NCBI GenBank assembly: GCA_965116475.1
Contig: OZ220691.1
Location: forward strand, 3,456,001 to 3,520,000
Source: Gemmatimonadota bacterium
GTDB lineage: Bacteria > Gemmatimonadota > Gemmatimonadetes > Palauibacterales > Palauibacteraceae
DNA: 64,000 bases
Direction: 5' to 3'
In this document: positions 37,422 to 46,988 of the stretch, piece by piece
Position numbering within the stretch: the stretch's first letter is position 1
Layout: each line of letters begins with the position of its first letter
Translations under genes and position numbers: made by a program
Notes under the pieces: model-generated
What the model saw: only the letters and a program-made list of their open reading frames with translations
The model's database searches: none
What the model was told of the DNA's origin: nothing

Positions 37422-39424
37422 TCCGCGTGCGCGTACCCGGGGACAAGTCGATCTCCCACCGGGCCGCGCTCATCGCGCCGCTCGCCTCGTCGGCGTCCGT
37501 CGTGCGCGGCCTTTCGGACGGCGCCGACGTGCGGGCCAGCGTGCGGGCGATGCAGCGACTCGGCGCGGCCGTCGAGTGCGAGGAGGGGGAGCGCGGCCTC
37601 ACGATTCGCTGCGAGGGTGGCGGACTCGACATCGCGTCGGCTCCGCGGCTCGACTGCGGGAACAGCGGGACGACGGCGCGCCTGCTCGCCGGGATCCTGG
37701 CCGGTACCGGCAGCGCCGCGGTCCTCGATGGCGATCCATCGCTTCGCGGCCGCCCCATGCGCCGCGTCATCTATCCGCTGCAGGCCATGGGAGCGCGGAT
37801 CGAGTACGATGGGGAGCCGGAACGGCTTCCCGTGCGGTTCCGCGGGCGCGCCACCGGGACCTTGCGGACGCTGCGCCACCGCGCGCGCGTGGCCAGCGCC
37901 CAGGTCAAGTCGGCCGTGCTCCTGGCCGGCGTGCTGGCCCGCGTGCGGGTCGAAGTCAGCGAGCCCGCCCTTTCCCGGGACCACACCGAGCGCCTGCTGG
38001 CCGAGATGGGTGTGCCGGTCGCATTCGATCCCGCGCGGACCGGGGAGGGGGAGGTGAGCTTCGACCCAACCGGCTGGGACGGTCGGATCGAGGGTCTCCG
38101 CATGACCGTGCCCGGCGACCCTTCCTCGGCCGCCTTCCTGATCGGGGCCTCACTCCTCGGCGGCCGGGCCGTCAGGGTGGAAGCCGTGGCGGCCAACCCC
38201 GGGCGCAGCGGTTTCCTCTCCGTGCTCGAGGAAATGGGGGTCCGGGTGGACCGGGAGTCCGCGGCGGCCCAGGCGGGGGAACCGCTGGAGACGTGGACCG
38301 TCCATCCTCCGGGCGACCTGCGGGCGTTCTCGATCGGCGGAGGCCTGATTCCGCGCGTGATCGATGAGATACCCCTTCTCGCCGTCCTTGCGGCCCGGGC
38401 GCGGGGCCGTTCCGAAATCCGGGATGCCGCCGAACTGCGCGTGAAGGAGAGCGACCGTCTCGCCGTACTGGCCCGGACGCTCGAGGCACTCGGGGTCGTT
38501 GCGGAGGAGAAGCCCGACGGTCTCGTGATCGAGGGCCGTGCCGGGCGGTTGCACGGCGAGGTCGAGACGCGCGGCGACCACCGGATCGCCATGGCGTTCG
38601 GGGTGCTCGATGCGGCGGGGGATGCCGACCTGCGGATTGACGACCGCGCCTGCGCGGACGTTTCGTTTCCGGGTTTCTGGGAGGCGATCGAGCCCTTCGC
38701 CCGCGGGTCCCGCCGCCCGCGATCTTCACGGACGGGACGAGTGATCGCGGTCGACGGCCCCGCCGCTTCCGGCAAGAGCAGCACGGCCCTGAGCGTGGCC
38801 CGCCGCCTCGGCTTCGTGCACGTGAACTCCGGACTGCTTTACCGGGCGATCACCTGGTGGGCCTTCGACCGGGGGATCGCCGGGGACGGCCCGTCGATCG
38901 AGGCCGCCGTTCCCGGGCTGGGCATCGATCTCGTCCCCGCGCGCGGTGGATTCGATGGATTGGATGGATGGGATGGATTCGACGTAGCCGTGGAGGGGAT
39001 CCGGCCCGGCCCGCGCCTCGAATCGCCCGAAGTGACGGCGCGGGTGTCCGCCGTCTCCACTCTTCCGGCCGTTCGGGAGGTCGTGCTGGAGCGGCTGCGC
39101 CGGGCGGGCCGCCGGTACGAAATCGTCTGCGACGGACGCGACATCGGCACGGCCGTCTTCCCCGGCGCGGATCTGAAGATCTTCCTCGTGGCGGAAGCCG
39201 GCGAGCGAGCCCGCCGGCGACTGCGCCAGCGCGCCGTTCCCTTCACGGACGACGATGTCGAGCGCGAAACCCGGTGTCTCGGGGCGCGCGACGAGCTGGA
39301 CCGATCGCGTTTGCTGTCTCCGCTGCGGCGCGCTCCCGACGCCATCGAGATCGATACGACGTCGATGTCGCCGGACGAGGTCGTGGAAGCGATCATCGAG
39401 CTTGCGGCCGCCGCTTTCCGTTGA
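37418..39424 (+). CDS. aroA-cmk: Fused EPSP synthase / cytidylate kinase
   Basis: PGDKSISHR, GNSGTT, ASAQVKS, KESDR, DHRIAM, then in frame IAVDGPAASGKS, NSGLLYR, DGRDIGT. Confidence 0.93.
   Translation: MIRVRVPGDKSISHRAALIAPLASSASVVRGLSDGADVRASVRAMQRLGAAVECEEGERGLTIRCEGGGLDIASAPRLDCGNSGTTARLLAGILAGTGSAAVLDGDPSLRGRPMRRVIYPLQAMGARIEYDGEPERLPVRFRGRATGTLRTLRHRARVASAQVKSAVLLAGVLARVRVEVSEPALSRDHTERLLAEMGVPVAFDPARTGEGEVSFDPTGWDGRIEGLRMTVPGDPSSAAFLIGASLLGGRAVRVEAVAANPGRSGFLSVLEEMGVRVDRESAAAQAGEPLETWTVHPPGDLRAFSIGGGLIPRVIDEIPLLAVLAARARGRSEIRDAAELRVKESDRLAVLARTLEALGVVAEEKPDGLVIEGRAGRLHGEVETRGDHRIAMAFGVLDAAGDADLRIDDRACADVSFPGFWEAIEPFARGSRRPRSSRTGRVIAVDGPAASGKSSTALSVARRLGFVHVNSGLLYRAITWWAFDRGIAGDGPSIEAAVPGLGIDLVPARGGFDGLDGWDGFDVAVEGIRPGPRLESPEVTARVSAVSTLPAVREVVLERLRRAGRRYEIVCDGRDIGTAVFPGADLKIFLVAEAGERARRRLRQRAVPFTDDDVERETRCLGARDELDRSRLLSPLRRAPDAIEIDTTSMSPDEVVEAIIELAAAAFR
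38948..38983 (+). repeat. Four 9-nt tandem repeats in the cmk domain
   Basis: GGATTCGAT GGATTGGAT GGATGGGAT GGATTCGAC = GFD GLD GWD GFD. Confidence 0.85.
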
Positions 39425-39449
39425 CGCTTTTGCGGCCTGAATCTAAGTT
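39421..39449 (+). promoter_or_regulatory. Sigma-70 promoter of rpsA
   Basis: TTGACG-N17-TAAGTT overlapping the aroA-cmk stop. Confidence 0.65.
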
Positions 39450-39633
39450 AGCTTACTGTTCGAGGATCGGTGGCGGAAAAAGTGGCGCTCCGCCCCGCAT
39501 CCTGTGGAGACTCGACACCAGGGGATCGGCCGGCGGCTGGGCGGAGGTGGTGAAGCTCGGTTGAGGTCGATTCTTTTTTGCCACGAGGCCCGGCGAGGCG
39601 CACGGTTGGCCCCGCGCGGGAACTTGATTCCCT

Positions 39634-41511
39634 ATGCCCGACGACACGAACCCTCAGACCGACGTCCCCGAGACGGATCTCCCCGAAACGACGGATGCGT
39701 CGACGGAAGTCGACGACGCCGCTTCGGAAGACGCGGAAGTCGGCGTCGCGACACCGGCGGCCTTCGAGCCAACGGCCATCGATCTCGATCTCGACGCCGA
39801 TCCCCGGGACGACTCGCAGCACGATCAGGCGGAGTACGCCGAACTCTACGCGCTCTACGAGGACACGCTCAGCCGCATCACGGAAGGCGAGATCGTCTCC
39901 GCGCAGGTCATCGGCAAGACCGAGACGGATATCATCCTCGACGTCGGTTTCAAGTCCGAAGGAGCCGTCCCGCTCGAAGAATTCTCGGATCCGGACGAAG
40001 TTCAGCCGGGCGACTCCGTCGATGTCCTCCTCGAGAGCCTCGAGGATGAGGAAGGCGTCGTCGTCCTGTCGAAGAAGAAGGCGGACTTCCTCCGCGTCTG
40101 GGAGAAGATCAAGGACGCGTTCGACAACAACCGTCCCGTGCCGGGCCGCATCAAGCGGAAGATCAAGGGCGGCGTGACAGTCGACCTCATGGGGGTCGAC
40201 GCTTTCCTCCCCGGGTCCCAGATCGCGCTTCGCCGCGTGCCGAACGTCGACGATCTTCTGGGCGACGAGTACGACTTCAAGATCCTCAAGCTCAACAAGC
40301 GCCGCCGGAACATCGTGGTGAGCCGTCGCGTCCTGCTCGAGGAGGAGAGGGCGGGGAAGCGCGAGGAACTCAAGAAGGAGCTGTCGGTGGGCGACGTGCG
40401 CTCCGGAGTCGTCAAGAACATTACGGACTTCGGCGCCTTCATCGACCTGGGCGGCATGGACGGCCTCCTCCACATCACCGACATGTCCTGGGGGCGCATC
40501 GGTCATCCCTCGGAAGTCTGCGACATCGGCCAGTCGCTCGAGATCAAGATCCTCGACATCGACTGGGACCGGGAGAGAATCTCGCTCGGCCTCAAGCAAC
40601 TCCAGGAGTACCCCTGGAAGAACGTGGCCGAGAAATACCCGGTCGGGATACGCGTGCTGGGCCGGGTCGTCTCGATCACGAACTACGGCGCCTTCATCGA
40701 ACTCGAGCGCGGGATCGAGGGTCTCGTCCACATCTCCGAGATGTCGTGGACCCGCAACGTTCGCCATCCATCGCAACTGGTCGGCATCAACGACAAGGTC
40801 GAATGCGTCGTGCTGCGCGTCGATGAGGAGGCGCAGAAGATCTCGCTCGGGATGAAGCAGGTGGAGGAGGACCCGTGGCTGGCGCTCCCGGCGCAGTATC
40901 CGCCCGGGACGAAGATCCGCGGCCTCGTCCGCAACCTCACGTCCTTCGGCGCCTTCGTGGAGGTCGAGGCGGGCATCGACGGCCTCGTCCATATCTCCGA
41001 CATGAGCTGGACGCGGCGGGTGCAGCATCCGGCGGAGGTGCTTCGCAAGGGGGAGGAGGTCGATGTCGTCGTACTCTCGATCGACCCCGACCAGAAGCGG
41101 ATCTCCCTGGGTTTGAAGCAGGTGCAGGAAGATCCGTGGTACCAGCTCGCGCAGGCCTACCAGCCGGGACGGGAAGTGGCGGGTTCGATCACGCGGCTGC
41201 TCGAGAAGGGCGTCGTCGTGGACCTCGGGAGCGATCTCGAAGGCTTCGTGCCGATCTCGCAGCTCGGCGTGGAGTCCCCGGCCTCCGAGCCCGCCGACCA
41301 CTTCGACGAGGGGCATCAGTTGGAGCTGCGCGTACTCGAGACGGATCCGATCAACCGCCGCATCGTGCTCGCCGTCGTGGACGCCCCCGATGTCCCGTAC
41401 GACGCCGAGGAAGTAGAGTACGAGAATATGGCGGCGTCGAAGTCCGGCTCCGCGGCGGATGACACGGACGAGGGGGGGCAGTCCGATTCCGGTGGTGAGG
41501 CGGGGGAGTAG
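39634..41511 (+). CDS. rpsA: 30S ribosomal protein S1
   Basis: DVGFKSEG, AFLPGSQ, repeated FGAF..GLLH/GLVHISE/DMSW S1 motifs; acidic N- and C-terminal extensions. Confidence 0.97.
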   Translation: MPDDTNPQTDVPETDLPETTDASTEVDDAASEDAEVGVATPAAFEPTAIDLDLDADPRDDSQHDQAEYAELYALYEDTLSRITEGEIVSAQVIGKTETDIILDVGFKSEGAVPLEEFSDPDEVQPGDSVDVLLESLEDEEGVVVLSKKKADFLRVWEKIKDAFDNNRPVPGRIKRKIKGGVTVDLMGVDAFLPGSQIALRRVPNVDDLLGDEYDFKILKLNKRRRNIVVSRRVLLEEERAGKREELKKELSVGDVRSGVVKNITDFGAFIDLGGMDGLLHITDMSWGRIGHPSEVCDIGQSLEIKILDIDWDRERISLGLKQLQEYPWKNVAEKYPVGIRVLGRVVSITNYGAFIELERGIEGLVHISEMSWTRNVRHPSQLVGINDKVECVVLRVDEEAQKISLGMKQVEEDPWLALPAQYPPGTKIRGLVRNLTSFGAFVEVEAGIDGLVHISDMSWTRRVQHPAEVLRKGEEVDVVVLSIDPDQKRISLGLKQVQEDPWYQLAQAYQPGREVAGSITRLLEKGVVVDLGSDLEGFVPISQLGVESPASEPADHFDEGHQLELRVLETDPINRRIVLAVVDAPDVPYDAEEVEYENMAASKSGSAADDTDEGGQSDSGGEAGE

Positions 41512-43426
41512 CCCCTTCCACGAGCGGCGCAGAGCAGCGCGGAGGCGTCTGGCCCTCGGCTGCAGCGCCGTGATGGTCGCGGCCGCGGGCTGTGCGCTCA
41601 TCGCCGGCAACCCACCCATGGAAGCCGCCGCGGCCCGCGCGATTGACGCGGAAGGAGCCGCCGCCGCCCTCCGCCTTGCCGAGGCCGATTACGAGCAGGG
41701 GCGGTTCGCCGCAGCCGCGGCGCGCGGGGACTCGCTCGACGGCGCCTGGCGTGAGATGGAGCCTCTCCGTGCTCTAGCGGACCGCGCCCTCTCCGTGGCG
41801 GGCCGGGCGCTGGAGGCGCAGAGCCTCCCGGGCGCCGCGGCGGATCGCTACAATCGGCTCCTTGCGCGGGCACCGGCCTCCTCCCTGGAAGCGGCCACCC
41901 TGGAGCGACTGGTGCGGGTCCTCTCGGATACGAGCCGGGAGCCCGAGGCGGTCGCCGCGATCCTCTCCACGCCCCTGGGGCTCGAGACGATCGGCGCGGA
42001 GGAGTTCCGCCGATTGACTTCCGCCCTCACCGTCGGGGAATTGCGTCCGTTGACCGAGACCTTCCCGCCGGAGACTGCGGCGGCCGCGATCGTTCATGCG
42101 CAACTCGTCCGCCTCCTCGTCATCGCGAGGGAGGAGGATGAGGCGAGGCGTCTGGCCGCTCGCATCCTGGAGGGGCAGCCGGCCGAACCGGAGCGGGTCA
42201 CGGCGGAGATGATCGCGGGGGCGAAAACCGATCTCGGCAGCGCCGCCGCCCGCATCGGCGCGATCCTGCCGCTTACCGGCGACCTCTCGGACGTGGGCCA
42301 GGTGTTGCGCGAGGGGATCGAACTCGCGCTGGAGCGGTACCGGGATGAGCGCCCGGCGGGCGCCGACGTCGAGCTCATCGTCGTCGATGACGAATCGGAT
42401 CCTGAGAACACCGCGGACCTCGTCCGGTCGCTCGAGGAACGGGGCGTGATCGCGATCGTCGGTCCCCTCCGCGCCGAATCCTTCGAGGCGGCGGCCCGGG
42501 CCCGCCGGAATCCGCGGCTGCCCGTCATCAGCCCCACGGCGACGGAGGTGCTGAGTCCGGCGCCGGCGGCCTATACCCTGTACGACGCGGGTACGCGCGC
42601 CTCGGATGTGGCGGAGGAACTTGCGCGCTGGACGGTGGAAGAGCTGCGGCTCCGGCGGGTCGCCGTCCTCGAGCCGGAGGGAGTCGGACTTGGAGGCGCC
42701 GTGAGCGCGTTCACGCGAACCCTCGGGGAGCGGGGCGGAATGCTCGTCGGGCACGAACGCTACGATCCAGGGCTCACCACCTTCCAGGGACCCATCGAAG
42801 CCGTCGCCGCCTCGGAGCCGGACGTCGTCTTCGCGCCGGCGGCGACGGCGTCCGGTGTCCTCGCCGTCGCGCCTCAGCTCTTCTATTACGGACTGTACAA
42901 CGCGATCGTCATCGGGAGCGAAGCCTGGGCCGAACCGGCCGTGCTGCGTCGTCTCGAACGCTTCGCGACGGACCACCGCGTGATCGGCCTTGCGACGGAC
43001 CGCGTCAGCGCGGGGACGCCGTGGCGGCGATTTGTGGCAGATTATGAGAGACGGTACCGAAAGACGTTGCGGGACAACATTATGCCGGCTCTGGCACACG
43101 ATGCCGCACTCCTGGTCCTCTCCGCCCTCGACGGCGCGATGCTGCCGATTCCGGCCGCGCTCGCGGCATACCTCGAATCGGGGCCTGAAGTCGAGGGCGT
43201 CACGGGCCGCCTGCGCCCCGAAGCCGCACGATCCGTCGTGCGGCGCTCCACGGAGGTCCGCATGCTGGTCGACGGCTCGCCCGTGGAGGCGGACAGGACG
43301 CAACTCCTCGCCTGGCTGGCGGAGGTGCGGGCGGCGCCATCGCCCTTTGCGCCGCGCGACTCGCTACGCGTGGACACCCTGCGCACGGAGGGGCGGCGCC
43401 GGGTGGGAGCGATGAACCGCCGATGA
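41495..43426 (+). CDS. LpoA/LppC-like lipoprotein (TPR-like region + periplasmic binding protein type 1 domain)
   Basis: Arg-rich signal with AAAGC lipobox, [20 protein letters not shown]; start uncertain (41492-41573). Confidence 0.75.
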   Translation: MRRGSSPFHERRRAARRRLALGCSAVMVAAAGCALIAGNPPMEAAAARAIDAEGAAAALRLAEADYEQGRFAAAAARGDSLDGAWREMEPLRALADRALSVAGRALEAQSLPGAAADRYNRLLARAPASSLEAATLERLVRVLSDTSREPEAVAAILSTPLGLETIGAEEFRRLTSALTVGELRPLTETFPPETAAAAIVHAQLVRLLVIAREEDEARRLAARILEGQPAEPERVTAEMIAGAKTDLGSAAARIGAILPLTGDLSDVGQVLREGIELALERYRDERPAGADVELIVVDDESDPENTADLVRSLEERGVIAIVGPLRAESFEAAARARRNPRLPVISPTATEVLSPAPAAYTLYDAGTRASDVAEELARWTVEELRLRRVAVLEPEGVGLGGAVSAFTRTLGERGGMLVGHERYDPGLTTFQGPIEAVAASEPDVVFAPAATASGVLAVAPQLFYYGLYNAIVIGSEAWAEPAVLRRLERFATDHRVIGLATDRVSAGTPWRRFVADYERRYRKTLRDNIMPALAHDAALLVLSALDGAMLPIPAALAAYLESGPEVEGVTGRLRPEAARSVVRRSTEVRMLVDGSPVEADRTQLLAWLAEVRAAPSPFAPRDSLRVDTLRTEGRRRVGAMNRR

Positions 43427-44970
43427 GCATGCGCGAGAAGCTGGCCGAACTGAAGGCCCGAGCCGAGCGCGCCGCGCGCGGAGATCCGGATCGGCTCGCC
43501 CGCCAGCACGCGCGCGGCAAGCTGGGCGCCCGGGAGCGCCTCGAGATCCTCCTCGACGAGGGCAGCTTCGTGGAGTTCGACCGCTTCGTCGAGCACCGCT
43601 GCACGGACTTCGGGCTCGGCGACCGGCGCATCCCCGGCGACGGGGTCATCACGGGCTACGGCCGCATCGACGGACGAACCGTCTACGTGTTCAGCCAGGA
43701 CTTCACGGTCTTCGGCGGGTCGCTGTCCGAAGCGCACGCCGGCAAGATCGTGAAGGTGCTGGACCTCGCGACGCGGAACGGCGCCCCCTTCATCGGGATC
43801 AACGACTCGGGCGGCGCACGGATTCAGGAGGGGGTCGCCTCTCTGGGCGGCTATGCGGACATCTTCCTCCGAAACACGCTCGCCTCGGGCGTGATCCCGC
43901 AACTGAGCGCCATCCTGGGACCGTGTTCCGGAGGGGCGGTCTACAGCCCCGCGATCACGGACTTCGTGTTCATGGTGGACGGCGTAAGCCACATGTTCAT
44001 CACGGGTCCCGGCGTCGTGAAGACGGTCACGCACGAGGACGTGACGTTCGACGAACTCGGCGGCGCGGCGGTGCACGCGAGCCGGTCCGGCGTGGCGCAC
44101 TTCCGGTCGGAGACCGAGGTCGAGGCGCTTGGCGCCGTACGCCGCCTCCTCTCCTATCTGCCGTCGAACAACCAGGAGACGCCGCCGTGGCGCGAGACCA
44201 CGGATCCGCCGGACCGGGCCGACGAGGCGCTGCTCGAGATCGTGCCGGACGATCCGAAGCTCCCGTACGACATGCTGGACATCATCCGCCGGGTCGTCGA
44301 CGCCGACAGCCTGATGGAAGTCCACGCCGACTACGCCCGCAACATCATCACCGGCTTCGCCCGGCTCGGGGGGAACGCCGTGGGCATCATCGGCAACCAG
44401 CCCGCCGTCCTGGCCGGCGTCCTGGACAGCGATGCGAGCATCAAAGCCGCGCGTTTCGTCCGCTTCTGCGATGCGTTCAACGTGCCCCTGGTGACCTTCG
44501 AGGATGTGCCCGGCTTCCTCCCGGGGCTGAGGGAGGAGCACGAGGGGATCATCCGAAACGGCGCGAAGCTCCTTTTCGCCTACTGCGAAGCGACGGTGCC
44601 GAAGCTCACCGTCATCACGCGCAAGGCGTACGGCGGCGCATACGATGTCATGTCGTCCAAGCACATCCGGGGCGACCTCAACCTCGCCTGGCCCAGCGCG
44701 GAGATCGCGGTGATGGGGGCGAAGGGGGCGGTGGAGGTTCTGTTCCGGCGCGAGATCGCGGCGGCGGAGGATCCCGTGGCGCGCACGGCCGAACTCGAGG
44801 CCGAGTATCGGGCGAAGTTCGCCCATCCCTACCTCGCCGCCGAGCGCGGGTTCATCGACGACGTGATCGACCCCCGCGAGACGCGCGCGCGCCTCGTGTC
44901 GGGGCTCGAGGCCATGGCGGAAAAGCGCGATCGCAACCCGCCCAGGAAGCACGGCAACATCCCGCTGTGA
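43423..44970 (+). CDS. pccB: Acyl-CoA (propionyl/methylmalonyl-CoA) carboxyltransferase subunit
   Basis: [49 protein letters not shown]. Confidence 0.92.
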   Translation: MSMREKLAELKARAERAARGDPDRLARQHARGKLGARERLEILLDEGSFVEFDRFVEHRCTDFGLGDRRIPGDGVITGYGRIDGRTVYVFSQDFTVFGGSLSEAHAGKIVKVLDLATRNGAPFIGINDSGGARIQEGVASLGGYADIFLRNTLASGVIPQLSAILGPCSGGAVYSPAITDFVFMVDGVSHMFITGPGVVKTVTHEDVTFDELGGAAVHASRSGVAHFRSETEVEALGAVRRLLSYLPSNNQETPPWRETTDPPDRADEALLEIVPDDPKLPYDMLDIIRRVVDADSLMEVHADYARNIITGFARLGGNAVGIIGNQPAVLAGVLDSDASIKAARFVRFCDAFNVPLVTFEDVPGFLPGLREEHEGIIRNGAKLLFAYCEATVPKLTVITRKAYGGAYDVMSSKHIRGDLNLAWPSAEIAVMGAKGAVEVLFRREIAAAEDPVARTAELEAEYRAKFAHPYLAAERGFIDDVIDPRETRARLVSGLEAMAEKRDRNPPRKHGNIPL

Positions 44971-44986
44971 TCCCGTCCGAGGCCGG

Positions 44987-46477
44987 ATGTTCGACAAGGT
45001 TCTGATCGCGAACCGCGGCGAGATCGCGGTTCGGGTCATCCGCGCCTGCCACGAGGAGGGCCTCGGGACAGTCGCCGTCTACTCCGACGCGGACCGCCGG
45101 GCCCCCCACGTGCTGCTCGCGGGCGAGGCGGTCCGGATCGGGAGGGCCGCGGCCGCGGAGAGCTACCTGTCGATCGACCGGCTGCTCGCCGCCGCGGAGG
45201 ATACGGGGGCGGGCGCGGTCCATCCGGGGTACGGGTTCCTGGCTGAGAACGCCGACTTCTCGCGCGCTGTCGAAGCCGCCGGGCTCGTTCATGTCGGACC
45301 TCCCGCCGAGGCGATCGACATCATGGGCGACAAGACGCGGGCCCGGGCGCGAATGGTGGGGGCGGGAGTCCCCGTCATATCGGGCAGCGACCCGCTCGCT
45401 TCGGCGCGAGAGGCCGTCGTTGAGGCCGAGAAGATCGGATTCCCCGTTCTCCTGAAGGCGGCGGCGGGAGGGGGCGGCAAGGGCATGCACGTCGTCTCCG
45501 GCGCAGAGGAGATGGAGCGGGCGTTCGGGCGGGCGACCCGGGAGGCGCGGAGTGCCTTCAGTGACGGACGCGTGTTCGCGGAGCGCTTCCTGCGTTCTCC
45601 CCGGCACATCGAGATCCAGGTGCTCGCCGACGACGAGCGGACGCTGGACTTCGGCGAGCGGGAGTGTTCGATCCAGCGCCGACACCAGAAACTGATCGAA
45701 GAAGCGCCGTCCACGGCCATCGACGACGCCCTCCGGCGCCGGATGGCGGAGGTCGCCGTGCGGGCGGCCGAGGCGGTCGGCTACCGGAGCGCGGGTACGG
45801 TCGAGTTCCTGGTCGAAGGAGGAGAGTTCTTCTTCCTCGAGATGAACACCCGGATTCAGGTCGAGCACCCGGTGACGGAACTCGTCACCGGCGTGGACCT
45901 CGTGCGGCAGCAACTGCGCGTTGCCCGGGGGCTTCCCCTGCTGGGCGGCGGAGAGCCACCGACGGCGCGCGGACATGCGATCGAATGCCGGATCAACGCG
46001 GAGGATCCCGCCGCCGGATTCGTCCCGTCGATCGGTCGGATCGACCGCTTCGAGGTGCCGACGGGGCCCGGCGTGCGCTGGGACGGCGGGATCCGCAACG
46101 GGTCGGAGGTCGGCCCGCACTACGACTCGCTGCTCGGCAAGCTGGTCGTCCATGCCTCGGACCGGGAGGCTGCGATCCGCCGCATGCGGTCCGCGCTCGA
46201 AGGGCTCGTCATCGGCGGCGTCGAAACGACCGTCCCCTGGCATCTCGCGGTGATGGACGAACCCGACTACCGGACGAACGACCTCTCCATCCGGTACGTA
46301 GAAGAACACCCCGGACTCGGAGAGACGGCGGACCCCGGTTTGCGCGACGTGGCCCTGGCGACCGCCGTGCTCCTCGCGGCCCGGGAACGGCCGCGGGTCG
46401 TTTCCGGCGGCGCCCCGCGCTCCCGCGACGGGGGGAACGGGCTGTCGGCCTGGGTGCGGGCGGGCCGGGAGACGTGA
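44987..46477 (+). CDS. accC: Biotin carboxylase
   Basis: LIANRGEIA, HPGYGFLAEN, GGGGKGM, ECSIQRRHQK, EMNTRIQVEH. Confidence 0.93.
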   Translation: MFDKVLIANRGEIAVRVIRACHEEGLGTVAVYSDADRRAPHVLLAGEAVRIGRAAAAESYLSIDRLLAAAEDTGAGAVHPGYGFLAENADFSRAVEAAGLVHVGPPAEAIDIMGDKTRARARMVGAGVPVISGSDPLASAREAVVEAEKIGFPVLLKAAAGGGGKGMHVVSGAEEMERAFGRATREARSAFSDGRVFAERFLRSPRHIEIQVLADDERTLDFGERECSIQRRHQKLIEEAPSTAIDDALRRRMAEVAVRAAEAVGYRSAGTVEFLVEGGEFFFLEMNTRIQVEHPVTELVTGVDLVRQQLRVARGLPLLGGGEPPTARGHAIECRINAEDPAAGFVPSIGRIDRFEVPTGPGVRWDGGIRNGSEVGPHYDSLLGKLVVHASDREAAIRRMRSALEGLVIGGVETTVPWHLAVMDEPDYRTNDLSIRYVEEHPGLGETADPGLRDVALATAVLLAARERPRVVSGGAPRSRDGGNGLSAWVRAGRET

Positions 46478-46484
46478 AGCCGTC

Positions 46485-46988
46485 ATGAAGTACCACGTCG
46501 AGGTGGACGGCGGGAGCTTCGAGGTCGAGCGGCTGGCCTCCGGATTGCGCCTGAACGGTGCCGAACGGGAAGCCGGGTTCGCGTGGCTGGCGGAGGGCGA
46601 AGTCCAGCTCACCCTGGACGGGACGCACCATCGCGTGCTGGCGCGCCGGACGTCCGGGGGGTGGCGGCTGACCGTGCGCGGCCGGACGTTCGACGTCACG
46701 GTGGAGGATGAGCGCACCCGGACCCTCCGGGCCCTGGCCGACCGGAGCGCCGGGGGGGCGGGACCGCGGGAGTTGCGCGCCCCGATGCCGGGGCTGATCA
46801 CGCGCGTTCTCGCGGAAGCCGGGCAGCGCGTGGATGCGGGGGATGGGCTGGTCCTGATCGAAGCCATGAAGATGGAGAACGAACTGCGGGCCCGGGAACC
46901 GGGAACCGTGGCCGTGATCGCCGTCCGTCCCGGCGATGTCGTGGACCGCGACCAGGTGCTCGTGACGCTCGAGGCGGAGGCGTCGTGA
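46485..46988 (+). CDS. Biotin carboxyl carrier protein
   Basis: APMPG, EAMKMEN. Confidence 0.92.
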   Translation: MKYHVEVDGGSFEVERLASGLRLNGAEREAGFAWLAEGEVQLTLDGTHHRVLARRTSGGWRLTVRGRTFDVTVEDERTRTLRALADRSAGGAGPRELRAPMPGLITRVLAEAGQRVDAGDGLVLIEAMKMENELRAREPGTVAVIAVRPGDVVDRDQVLVTLEAEAS

